IMG/VR virus record: IMGVR_UViG_3300034069_002177
Span: 1-64,000 of that record
DNA from: a virus
Taxonomy: Duplodnaviria > Caudoviricetes
Reading direction: 5' to 3' (one strand)
Length of the DNA stretch: 64,000 bases
A model generated the notes under the pieces. That model saw only the letters and a program-made list of their open reading frames with translations. It made no database searches and had not been told where the DNA came from. Shown in pieces: positions 55,829 to 64,000 of this stretch. The first letter of the stretch is position 1. The number at the start of each line of letters is the position of its first letter. The translations under genes and the position numbers were made by a program.

Positions 55829-55874
55829 CGCCGACTGGTGTTATTCGTGAACGATGATGAAGAGAAAGAAAATC

Positions 55875-56663
55875 ATGCGTAAGAGTTTCATTGCTGTAGG
55901 TACAGCCGCACTGTCACTTTTGGTGCTCACGGGATGCCAGGGTCTTAACGGATCATCCTCATTTAAGCTAGCTCCCGCTGCTCAGTATCAGCCGCATGCT
56001 CTGTCCAGTTTGGACGAGCAGCAGTTCGAAAACGGTGACATTGCCAGCGATTTCAAGGAGTGGACGAAGGATATTGGTTGGTCGAAGACGTACGAGCTTG
56101 CCAACTCCCCTATTACGTTCATTCCCAAAAACCAGAATGAGTCTTTTGGAGGTTCGGCATCTCATAACGCTTGCACGGCATGGGTTCCTTCTACTCCCGG
56201 CTCCGAGGCTAGCTCGACAACTTTCGACTACGTATATCGACTCAAAAGCGCTGAGGGTAAAGCTGCGAATGCAACCGAGGTCGCTGATGTCATCACGCAC
56301 CTAGATGGCGATATGCAGCGTCAGGGATGGAAGACCTACAACGTGTCACACCTTGGTTTTACCAGCGGTAGCGCCGGTCAGAAGGCTTGGTACGCCCCTT
56401 CTACAGACATTGACTCACCTTCGCCTACCCCCGTCAAGGGTCACCTAGAAGCTATTTCGGGTAAGCCTAACTCTGAGTACATCAGCTACAGAGTTCTCGC
56501 TGCTGATCGAGGAAACGGATATATTTCGCTGTACGTAACGACGCCTTGCGCGCCTGTAGAAAGCGATTCTTATAGTCAGTTACAAGGAGATGTGGGAAGC
56601 GCTGAGCTAGACTTGATTCAGTCCGATTCCAAGAATCCCGACAATGCTGTCACCGCGCAGTAA
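55875..56663 (+). CDS. Lipoprotein
   Basis: MRKSFIAVGTAALSLLVLTG|C lipobox. Confidence 0.8.
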   Translation: MRKSFIAVGTAALSLLVLTGCQGLNGSSSFKLAPAAQYQPHALSSLDEQQFENGDIASDFKEWTKDIGWSKTYELANSPITFIPKNQNESFGGSASHNACTAWVPSTPGSEASSTTFDYVYRLKSAEGKAANATEVADVITHLDGDMQRQGWKTYNVSHLGFTSGSAGQKAWYAPSTDIDSPSPTPVKGHLEAISGKPNSEYISYRVLAADRGNGYISLYVTTPCAPVESDSYSQLQGDVGSAELDLIQSDSKNPDNAVTAQ

Positions 56664-56705
56664 CACACGAAACACAGACACTACAACAAGGAGAACCACC
56701 AAAGC

Positions 56706-57479
56706 ATGACAACAAACGAAACCGAAGAAACCAAGGTCGAACCGACTTTCCGTTCTGATATCAAAGTAGAACTCGTCAAGAGTTCGGCTAGTGATGACGA
56801 TGTTCTTTTCGCCGCCAGGGTATCTACCGCAGGCGAGCAGACCCGCGAGCTAGTTGACTACGATAACCTCTCGGATGAAGACAAGGCAAAGGCGGAAAAG
56901 AGGGCTTCCGGTCTTATCAACTACCTGATGCGCGACCGTCATGGCTCGCCTTTCGAGCACACTTCCTTCACGTTCTACGTCGAAGCACCCATCTTCGTAT
57001 TCCGCGAATTCATGCGTCACCGCATGGCTTCCTACAATGAAGAATCGGGACGTTACCGGGAGATGCGCCCTGTCTTCTACGTGCCTAACCGTGAGCGTAA
57101 CCTCATTCAAGTTGGCAAGCCTGGTGCATACGACTTCCTTCCTGGCACGGATGAGCAGTTTGAAATCGTAGACGATGAGACGCGTAAGCAGTCAGTTGCC
57201 GCTTACGAGGCATACCAGAAGATGCTGAAGGCTGGTGTCGCTCGTGAGGTAGCGCGCATCGTGCTTCCTCTCAACTTGTTCTCCAGCATGTATGTCACCG
57301 TGAATGCTCGTTCCATGATGAACTTCCTTTCGCTTCGCACCAAGGTCGAAGGGTCACACTTCCCCTCTTTCCCGCAGCGCGAGATCGAAATGGCTGCCGA
57401 GCAGATGGAAAAGTTCTTCGCAGAGAAGATGCCAAACACCTACGCTTCGTTCCAGAAGAACGGGCGCGTGTCCCCGTAA
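56706..57479 (+). CDS. thyX: FAD-dependent thymidylate synthase
   Basis: RHGSPFEH, REFMRHRMASYNEESGRY, REVARIVLP, NARSMMNFLSLR, QREI. Confidence 0.95.
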   Translation: MTTNETEETKVEPTFRSDIKVELVKSSASDDDVLFAARVSTAGEQTRELVDYDNLSDEDKAKAEKRASGLINYLMRDRHGSPFEHTSFTFYVEAPIFVFREFMRHRMASYNEESGRYREMRPVFYVPNRERNLIQVGKPGAYDFLPGTDEQFEIVDDETRKQSVAAYEAYQKMLKAGVAREVARIVLPLNLFSSMYVTVNARSMMNFLSLRTKVEGSHFPSFPQREIEMAAEQMEKFFAEKMPNTYASFQKNGRVSP

Positions 57480-57497
57480 CACCGCTGTAGAAACAAC

Positions 57498-57534
57498 AAG
57501 AAGGCACCAGACGAAATCAGTTTGGTGCCTTCTT
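57498..57534 (+). terminator. Hairpin terminator after thyX
   Basis: AAGAAGGCACCA / TGGTGCCTTCTT. Confidence 0.75.
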
Positions 57535-57606
57535 CTGTATTCGCAATGCGACCGATTTTGCATGCTAGTTTAGTACCCACATAGGCAGTACACGAAAGGG
57601 TTTATT

Positions 57607-59019
57607 GTGGCGGACGTTTGGGTTCTACAGAATAGTGATAAGCAGATCGCTGGAGTTTTCGGAAGTCGGAGCGCGGCTAACCGTTCCATCAGTGATGAAG
57701 ATGCTCGCGCATTGCCATTTGACATCCAGGAGCCTAAGCGCACCACTGATGAAGGGGCGCGAAATGTTGAAGTTCCGGTAGAGGTAAGGGTCGAAGTACC
57801 CGTCTATATTCCTTCTGATTCCGCCGAAGGAGCACCGCTACTTCAGGCACTGAATGACATCACGGAAATGCTGATGAAAGCTAACGCGCCTCAGCAGATT
57901 CTTACCGCTGTCACGAATATTTCCGCTCCTGCAATCGAGCGTTACAACGCTTCCGCCTTAGAGCCAGAGCAGGCTGGGGTCACTTCACTCGTCGAGTCCG
58001 CTATCGAAGATCACGTTTCTACCAATGCCGAACTCGATGCACATAACCCTGACAACACCGAGCCTGAAAATGATGTTGTTGATAGCGGTGAAGAAGAGGT
58101 CAGTGCCGATGATGCTATGGACTTCCTTTTTGGCGACGATGATGAAGACGCCTTCAGCCAAGACGAAGAGAGCACTCTCGACGATGCCGAGGCGGACATC
58201 GAAAATGGCACCGAGCCTGAGTTTGTAGCACCAGAAGACAACTCTCCCGACGAAGAGCCTGACTTCCTTTCCGAAGTCGAAACGACTCCTGCCGAAGACG
58301 AATTAGCCGTAGATGCATTCGCTAATGAGGGCGCTCCTGTTGTAGACGTTGACGAGAATATTGATGTCGAAGAAGCGTTTGACTTTGACGCCCTTGAAGA
58401 CCCGGATGAAGTCATCTCGCAGGAAGATGTAGCCGAGGAAGAAATCAATAACAGTGACTCGGACGATAACAACGCCGAAGATTCGGATGAGAGTGATTCT
58501 GATGTTGCAGAAGCACTAGATGATGACGATAACACTGAAGACGTTGCTACTGAAAACATCGAAGAATCCGCCGACGATGAAGATGATGAAGACCCCGTTT
58601 TTGAGCCGATGACGGATACGGTCGCTCCGATTGACTTCCTTGCTCCTAATGCAGACGGAATCGATTTCACGGGAAATGAAGATGACTTTGGTATCGACCC
58701 CGATCTAGAAAATGAGATCGAAGATGGACCCCAGCCAGTATCTGCATTCCGCCGTGCCAAGGAGATTCGCGAGAACACAGCACCGGTCGAGACGAAGGCT
58801 TCTGCTATGCCCGCTGTCACTGATGCAGTGATTAGTCTCAATAGCTGGTTGGTTAGCGCCGTCAAGGCTCCTGTATCAGCACCCCAGGTGGAGGTCGAAG
58901 ATGAGCCGAAACCAGCTAAGGCAAAGTCACCTACTCGCCGGGAGATTCGTGCACAGCAGGAAAAGGAAGCAGCTTCGGCAGATGAGAATTCTGACGCATC
59001 TGACGCAGTAGTAATCTAG
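57607..59019 (+). CDS. Very acidic low-complexity protein
   Basis: 470 aa, D/E-rich centre; GAAAGGG RBS before GTG. Confidence 0.7.
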   Translation: MADVWVLQNSDKQIAGVFGSRSAANRSISDEDARALPFDIQEPKRTTDEGARNVEVPVEVRVEVPVYIPSDSAEGAPLLQALNDITEMLMKANAPQQILTAVTNISAPAIERYNASALEPEQAGVTSLVESAIEDHVSTNAELDAHNPDNTEPENDVVDSGEEEVSADDAMDFLFGDDDEDAFSQDEESTLDDAEADIENGTEPEFVAPEDNSPDEEPDFLSEVETTPAEDELAVDAFANEGAPVVDVDENIDVEEAFDFDALEDPDEVISQEDVAEEEINNSDSDDNNAEDSDESDSDVAEALDDDDNTEDVATENIEESADDEDDEDPVFEPMTDTVAPIDFLAPNADGIDFTGNEDDFGIDPDLENEIEDGPQPVSAFRRAKEIRENTAPVETKASAMPAVTDAVISLNSWLVSAVKAPVSAPQVEVEDEPKPAKAKSPTRREIRAQQEKEAASADENSDASDAVVI

Positions 59020-59158
59020 CCAATAGTCACGATTCCGATCTAATGTCGGAGCAAGGTGTTACGATTTACTCAATGGAACTCACCGGAAACCTCGCCTGAT
59101 GCGCAACACTGTGGCATCTACCTCGAATTGCGTTGCGCGTGTTCTTCCTGTCATCTTC

Positions 59159-59203
59159 AAAAACGGTACCGTCTCTCAGTCTTCTGAGTGCGGTGCCGTT
59201 TTT
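59159..59203. terminator. Long hairpin with T-tracts on both strands
   Basis: AAAAACGGTACCG ... CGGTGCCGTTTTT. Confidence 0.7.
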
Positions 59204-59382
59204 GCGTTGTCTCACTTTGTGAAACAACCCTAGACTTCCTTCAAGGAAGACGCGATTCGCTACCGCGTGGATGGTTGAAACCCCCGGCTATAAAATGTCG
59301 GGGGTTTCGCTCCGTCTAGACTAGTTTCCTATGCTGGCGACTAGTTGTAGTCAAAGAGAGTTTGTGGTGGTAGATTCCTCGT

Positions 59383-59922
59383 ATGAACAATTCGTTGGAT
59401 AGCAACCCAGTAACAGCAGCGCTGTTGTGGATGTTCCAACACATCGTCCAAGACCCAGACTTTCTCAAAAAACTGGGCGCTCTTGTCGTTCTGTTCTTGT
59501 TCTTCCGTTTCGTCTTGCTCATTGCCGGTCTTGTTCAAACCGCTAGACGAAAGAAGTTTCGCGAACAGTACGAACGTGGTTTTAGTGCATCGCAGAGACG
59601 TGATGGATTTGCCCGTGCTGGCAATAGATGTGAATTCGATAACGGCATGGCAAGATGCAAGAATAGAGCAGAACACGCTGACCACTTCTATCCGTGGGCT
59701 AGGGGTGGCGCGACTTCCATGAACAATCTCGTTGCTGCATGTGCTGGTCACAATCTTTCTAAAGGGGCTAAAATGCCATCGCCGCTACTCAAATCCCGTA
59801 TCGAGAATCGTCGTAAGCGGTACTTTCCACGAGGTGCCAATCGAACCGCTGGCGAATGGTCCGTTAGACACAAGAACCAACCGGAGTCAGACGGTCCCGG
59901 TTGGTCTTCCGCAGAACTCTAA
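59383..59922 (+). CDS. HNH endonuclease with N-terminal membrane helix
   Basis: RCEF...C...AEHADHFYPWARGGATSMNNLVAAC..HNLSKG; hydrophobic LGALVVLFLFFRFVLLIAG. Confidence 0.85.
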   Translation: MNNSLDSNPVTAALLWMFQHIVQDPDFLKKLGALVVLFLFFRFVLLIAGLVQTARRKKFREQYERGFSASQRRDGFARAGNRCEFDNGMARCKNRAEHADHFYPWARGGATSMNNLVAACAGHNLSKGAKMPSPLLKSRIENRRKRYFPRGANRTAGEWSVRHKNQPESDGPGWSSAEL

Positions 59923-60014
59923 TCCTGTTTCCGAAAACCCTTGACGTAGATCTTCCCGACTGTTAAACTCACCAAGCATTGGCAACGACCATGCGAAAAA
60001 GAAATGATGAATGC

Positions 60015-60869
60015 ATGAGCGAGCTAATCCGATTCCTACCGAGTTACGTCGGTTCTAAGCGTGCCTGGCTTCCTTATCTTCAAGAGTTCAAGAACCGTCC
60101 GTTTGTCGAGATGTTCGCGGGTTCCGGTGTGCTTAGTTCAAACCTGGCTTCCAAAGCCATTCTGGTAGACCTCGACCCCATCGTATCCAAAGTTCTATCC
60201 CGGTTCGATGAGCAGATCGTTCCCGAGGAATTCACTCGTGAGGATTACTACCGCGTTCGATTCCAAGAGGATTGGTGGAAGCATCTTTACTCGTTGCAGT
60301 CAATGTCTTTCTCTGGTGTATTCCGATATTCCAAGCGCGGTTACAATGTCCCAGCCAAAGGCGGCGAAGATCCAAGCAAGAACAAGGTGAACACGTTCCG
60401 CAACCGTCCGTCTTACGAAGCAGCATTGAACCGCTGGAATGAGTTACAGCCTGATGTTCGTAATTGCTCTTACCTAGACATCACAGATGAAGAAATCGCA
60501 GCACTAGGTGACGACGTTATTGTCATTCTCGACCCGCCTTATGGTGACGGCGAAACCCAGAAATCACAGGCTGCATACAACGACACCACTTCACAGTCCA
60601 AGAAGGGTGAAGGGTTTGACTTCGATGCTTATTGGAAGAGAGCGGCGGAACTCGTCGAGAAGTTCGATGTGATTTTGTTCGACCGGCAGTTCAACCTCGA
60701 ACGTAACGGCTACCATGTCGATGGTGTACGAAAGATGCGTGTCAATGGTGCCCGTGAAGGAGATGTCGAGGCTATGAGCGTTAACCTTCGCGCAGGTAGT
60801 AAGCGTTTCGGAACCAAGGACTTGCATGACTTGTGGGATGAAGAACCCGAGATGCTGGTTATCGGCTAG
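60015..60869 (+). CDS. DNA adenine methyltransferase (Dam/D12-like)
   Basis: YVGSKR, FVEMFAGSG, FSGVFRY, ILDPPY; promoter TTGACG-17-TAAACT upstream; start could be 59991. Confidence 0.85.
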   Translation: MSELIRFLPSYVGSKRAWLPYLQEFKNRPFVEMFAGSGVLSSNLASKAILVDLDPIVSKVLSRFDEQIVPEEFTREDYYRVRFQEDWWKHLYSLQSMSFSGVFRYSKRGYNVPAKGGEDPSKNKVNTFRNRPSYEAALNRWNELQPDVRNCSYLDITDEEIAALGDDVIVILDPPYGDGETQKSQAAYNDTTSQSKKGEGFDFDAYWKRAAELVEKFDVILFDRQFNLERNGYHVDGVRKMRVNGAREGDVEAMSVNLRAGSKRFGTKDLHDLWDEEPEMLVIG

Positions 60870-60934
60870 CCTTTCTCGCACTGTCGTCTCCACACGCTAC
60901 AATCGTAGTAGAACGTAAGCGTCAGGAGAAAAGC

Positions 60935-61750
60935 ATGCAAGGAAGAATCCAGCACACCATCACGGATAAGAACGGTCATCAGAAGATCGTTTGGGTCACT
61001 CCCGACAAGAAGCTACCTTCATCTGCTGAGGGTCGCAACCGTGTCGTCGGCGCAGTGCCAACCATCTCCAAGAAGCCTCTCATTACTTCCGGCGATATCG
61101 AGAACTGGGCGGCACGCAATAATCTTCCATTCGGGGAAGATGAAGATTTCGTAGACCTTGTGAATGCCACCGTCATTGCCAATGACGACTATACGGATGG
61201 TGGGTTACAGAACGCCTACGACGAGGTATTTCGCAGCAACTTCGGTGGATACTCGGTTGATAGTCTCCGTGCCGCGCTGGGAGTCAGTGCGGAACCCACA
61301 GCCCCAGTTGTCCCTTCAAGCTCCGATCCTCGCGTGCAAGCTGGAGAAGTTCTCGATGAGGTAGAGCACGATGGTGTTGTCTATCACCGTGTGCGTGATG
61401 GAGTATACCCGACCGATATCTACTCGATGCGTTTCCAGTTCGACCGCAAGCTCAGTGTCGAGGAAGCTCGTCATGCTCGTGATCTCATCGCTTATGCATG
61501 GACTTCGAAAGTACGCGGAGAGCCCTTCGGCACTGAACTGCAAGATAGTCCGTTCTCCTTCGTTGCTTATGGTGATGTCACCAAGACGCGCCGAGATGAT
61601 TCCGGGCAGGCTCTCGCAGAATGGGAAGAAACCCTTGCTGAGTATCTTGCCGAAGGAACAAAGCAGAAGAACGAATCGCTTCGTATTCCCCCTGTCACTC
61701 CCGCTCTCAAAGTCGAGATTTACTACGACAACGTAGAAGGCGACATTTGA
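60935..61750 (+). CDS. DKNG-tag hypothetical protein
   Basis: QHTITDKNGHQKIVWVTP; AGGAG RBS. Confidence 0.75.
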   Translation: MQGRIQHTITDKNGHQKIVWVTPDKKLPSSAEGRNRVVGAVPTISKKPLITSGDIENWAARNNLPFGEDEDFVDLVNATVIANDDYTDGGLQNAYDEVFRSNFGGYSVDSLRAALGVSAEPTAPVVPSSSDPRVQAGEVLDEVEHDGVVYHRVRDGVYPTDIYSMRFQFDRKLSVEEARHARDLIAYAWTSKVRGEPFGTELQDSPFSFVAYGDVTKTRRDDSGQALAEWEETLAEYLAEGTKQKNESLRIPPVTPALKVEIYYDNVEGDI

Positions 61751-62364
61751 TGCCGAACGCGCATCCTAATAATGCTCAGCGTGTCGTCGATGTCAACGGA
61801 AGGCTCACCACCGTCTACAAACGCCCTGAAGGTGCCGTAGGCGCACCTAATCGGCTCAGCACCGTCACGCCAGCACACAAGATGGTGTCGATGAATACGG
61901 AACTCAACTCCCATGCTGGTGGTAATTACGTGTCTATTCGCGCTGCTAATAGTGAGAGTGGTATCAATCGTCATATTGCTGACACCCCCGAAGATGAGTC
62001 GCCTCTGTTCATGGTGAGCGACAGCACGCTCAATCAGGACGGCTCGCTGAATATCGATGGTGGTGCAAGCCCCGTTCTGATTCATCTCGACACACTTCGC
62101 ACCGCAAACGTCAACATTCGTTCTGGTCATGCTGTCATCAAGTCTTACAGTGAGAGGCACATCCCGAACATAAACGTTTCCGGTGATGCTCATGTGACCG
62201 TCATCATTGCCGAAGGTACCGGTGCCGAGGTGACATCCGAGGAAGATGCTACCGCCACTATCGTTCCCGAGTCTGGGGCATTCGGCACTGTCTATATCAA
62301 GGGAAGCAACCCGGCTGAAATCGATGATGAGGGTGTCAAGCACCAGATGATCGTATTGGGTTGA
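61747..62364 (+). CDS. DKNG-variant (DVNG) tag hypothetical protein, beta-rich
   Basis: QRVVDVNGRLTTVYKRP; start overlaps the previous stop (TTG 61747 or ATG 61750). Confidence 0.7.
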   Translation: MMPNAHPNNAQRVVDVNGRLTTVYKRPEGAVGAPNRLSTVTPAHKMVSMNTELNSHAGGNYVSIRAANSESGINRHIADTPEDESPLFMVSDSTLNQDGSLNIDGGASPVLIHLDTLRTANVNIRSGHAVIKSYSERHIPNINVSGDAHVTVIIAEGTGAEVTSEEDATATIVPESGAFGTVYIKGSNPAEIDDEGVKHQMIVLG

Positions 62365-62458
62365 AAATAAACTTGACATCTGATTAAAGTCTGCACTAAG
62401 GTAAGTGTTGTACCAAGAACACGTCAGAATTCATCAGAACCGGAAGGAACCACCTCCC

Positions 62459-63160
62459 ATGTCCAGCAACGCTCCCGCAATGAAGACCTCCGCCAACTCG
62501 CTCCAGGTCTTCGCAGTCTTCCTGCTCGCCATCATCGGCGCTGGCGCATTCATCCTCTCCTTCCGTGCTCTCCGTGAGATGTTCGAGGGCGCTGGCGGAA
62601 CGGTCGCCACCTCGTGGATCTTCCCCATCATCATCGATGGTCCCATCCTCGCGGCAACCGTCTCCGTCTTCTACCTCTCGTCGTTCGATGACAAGCGTTC
62701 CGAGAAGATCTACTCCTGGTTCGTTCTCGGTCTCTTCTCGCTCGCCTCCATCGTCCTGAACGCCCGCCACGTCTCGCTGAACTCGAACCGTCAGCTTGAC
62801 CTCACCACTTCGACCGTGATGGCTGCCGCCCCGCCCGTCGCCCTCATGTTCACCATCCACCTTCTCGCCATCCTCATCCACCGCCAGAAGCGTCGCTCGG
62901 GTTCCACCGTCAAGGCGACCAACAAGGACGGTGAGGTCATCGTTGGCACCAAGAAGAAGACCGATGGTCAGCTTCTTGCCCTGGTTCGCAACAAGGTCGC
63001 CAAGGGTGGAACCGTCACCGCCAGCGACATGAGCAAGTGGATGGGCGCTTCGAGTATCCAGGCGGCTTCCTACCAGCTTGGTCGTCTCCGCCGCGAGCAC
63101 CCCGCCGCATTCGAGGCGAAGACCGCTGAGGTCAAGGAACTGGTCGGCGCTGACGCCTGA
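62459..63160 (+). CDS. DUF2637 (Spd-like) membrane protein with C-terminal HTH-like region
   Basis: F..SF.ALR, WIFP..IDG, multiple TM helices; AAGGAA RBS; promoter TTGACA-18-TAAGGT. Confidence 0.75.
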   Translation: MSSNAPAMKTSANSLQVFAVFLLAIIGAGAFILSFRALREMFEGAGGTVATSWIFPIIIDGPILAATVSVFYLSSFDDKRSEKIYSWFVLGLFSLASIVLNARHVSLNSNRQLDLTTSTVMAAAPPVALMFTIHLLAILIHRQKRRSGSTVKATNKDGEVIVGTKKKTDGQLLALVRNKVAKGGTVTASDMSKWMGASSIQAASYQLGRLRREHPAAFEAKTAEVKELVGADA

Positions 63161-63184
63161 TAGGTGAGTGGTTGGTTCTGAGTC

Positions 63185-63215
63185 AACACCCCGTACTGTA
63201 ATGGTGCGGGGTGTT
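63185..63215 (+). terminator. Hairpin after the DUF2637 gene
   Basis: AACACCCCG / CGGGGTGTT. Confidence 0.6.
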
Positions 63216-63269
63216 GGTATTTAAGCAAGCATATCCATGACTGTCGCTACCGGCTGGTAGAATCATGCT

Positions 63270-64000
63270 ATGACTTCAAACAACACCACTCGCGTTCCAG
63301 TCGTTGACAAGAACGGTAAGCAGACGACGGTTCACAAGAACTTAAACAAGGGTTACACTTCGCAGTTCCGTGTTGCCGCAGTAGCTCAGCCCAACGCCAA
63401 CCCGCCTTATCAGCGTGCTGTCCGTACCGCCATTGGCGAGATTTACAAGGACCGCAACGCCACGGTGAAGAAGCGTAATGTTGATTCCGATTGGAAAGAC
63501 GTACAGGCACTGCTTCGTGAAGGCACTCCGTACTTCGGCAAGCTATCTGACGCCATTTACGAAAAGGTCGGCGGCTCCTGGGGTAATGACCCTGCTAAGC
63601 GCCGTGAGGTGGCAGAGAAGATTGTCGATCTCGTTGGTCGTGAAGATGGGATATACAGTGACTTTGCAGTCGAGAACAACGCTGAGTTCGCTGCGGTTGA
63701 TGACAAGACCGATGCTGTTATCGATGGTGCCGTCAGCAAGGTCATCAACGAGCCCCGCACTAATGAGCGCAATAACCCCTTCTACACCTCGCAGGTTCTC
63801 AATCGTGAGACTCATGACTTGAAGGCAGACGGTGACCCTAAGACTTTTGGGGCGTACTACGAATTCGAGTACATGGGCGCAAGCGAATACGAGTGGGGCG
63901 CGATTCCTAAGTCGTTGAAGAACCTCCACTCAGCCGATGAGATTCAGATTGCTGAACACGAAGTCGAGTACAACGGCGTCAAGCGCACCGCGTACTTCAT
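63270..64000 (+). CDS. DKNG-tag protein, 3'-truncated by the window end (absent from the ORF track)
   Basis: Manual translation MTSNNTTRVPVVDKNGKQTTVHKNL... stays open to 64000; TAGAAT 6 nt before ATG. Confidence 0.8.
   Translation, partial: MTSNNTTRVPVVDKNGKQTTVHKNLNKGYTSQFRVAAVAQPNANPPYQRAVRTAIGEIYKDRNATVKKRNVDSDWKDVQALLREGTPYFGKLSDAIYEKVGGSWGNDPAKRREVAEKIVDLVGREDGIYSDFAVENNAEFAAVDDKTDAVIDGAVSKVINEPRTNERNNPFYTSQVLNRETHDLKADGDPKTFGAYYEFEYMGASEYEWGAIPKSLKNLHSADEIQIAEHEVEYNGVKRTAYF

Larger units (their letters stand above)
1..64000. mobile_element. Segment of a large extrachromosomal or accessory element (jumbo phage, megaplasmid or phage-plasmid) of an actinobacterial host
   Basis: No housekeeping operons. 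Mostly unknown ORFs plus typical MGE genes (thyX, Dam-like MTase, HNH, prs+nampt, CCA enzyme, SLOG, DUF262, DUF2637). Leaderless starts and a monoderm pilus point to Actinobacteria. No structural or replication hallmark gene recognised. Confidence 0.65.

Noticed and set aside
59383-59922. HNH gene plus structured upstream RNA as IscB/HEARO or Cas9-like
   Set aside because: The protein is only 179 aa, with a TM helix and no RuvC or PLMP motifs.
2364-64000. DKNG motif as an EF-hand calcium loop (DKNGDG-like)
   Set aside because: Positions 5 and 12 lack the required D and E; the flanks are beta-strand-like and basic rather than helical.
1-64000. tRNA/rRNA genes, stop-codon reassignment, DGR or retron
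   Set aside because: No cloverleaf or T-loop signatures found by eye (tRNAscan not run); genes are intact and densely packed under the standard code; no reverse-transcriptase motifs seen.
1-64000. Firm call as a phage genome
   Set aside because: No terminase, portal, capsid, tail or polymerase gene recognised in this window; plasmid or island origin cannot be excluded.

Overview
Dense, mostly hypothetical gene content with sigma-A-type promoters and many apparently leaderless starts (TAnnnT box 6-7 nt before ATG), which points to an actinobacterial host. The repertoire looks like a large mobile element (jumbo phage, megaplasmid or phage-plasmid): thyX, a Dam-like methylase, HNH and zinc-ribbon nucleases, a UvrD-like helicase, a CCA-adding enzyme, SLOG, DUF262 and DUF2637. 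No capsid, terminase, integrase or rep gene was recognised, so the replicon type is inference. Three systems stand out. (1) At least ten unrelated ORFs across the window, on both strands, share a short N-terminal tag, P-[VI]-[VI]-D-K-N-G-x-x-T-x-x-[KVW], followed by an R..P linker. Their cargo includes a CCA/HD enzyme, a papain-like Cys-His-Asp protein and DUF262, suggesting an undescribed targeting signal for capsid packaging or export. (2) A complete monoderm type IV pilus locus (PilB, PilT, PilC, prepilin peptidase, major and minor pilins, a lipoprotein, no secretin) with non-canonical prepilins lacking Glu5, long Q/P-rich tails on the motors, and two remote large-headed pilins sharing an identical 38-aa helix with the major pilin. 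(3) An NAD+ rebuilding module (Prs/Adps-like plus Nampt/Namat-like, NARP1-like). Each gene has its own copy of a 58-bp promoter containing a perfect NrtR-type palindrome, and nrtR lies in the same cluster. No CRISPR array, tRNA or rRNA was seen by eye. All family assignments come from motif recognition, not database searches.
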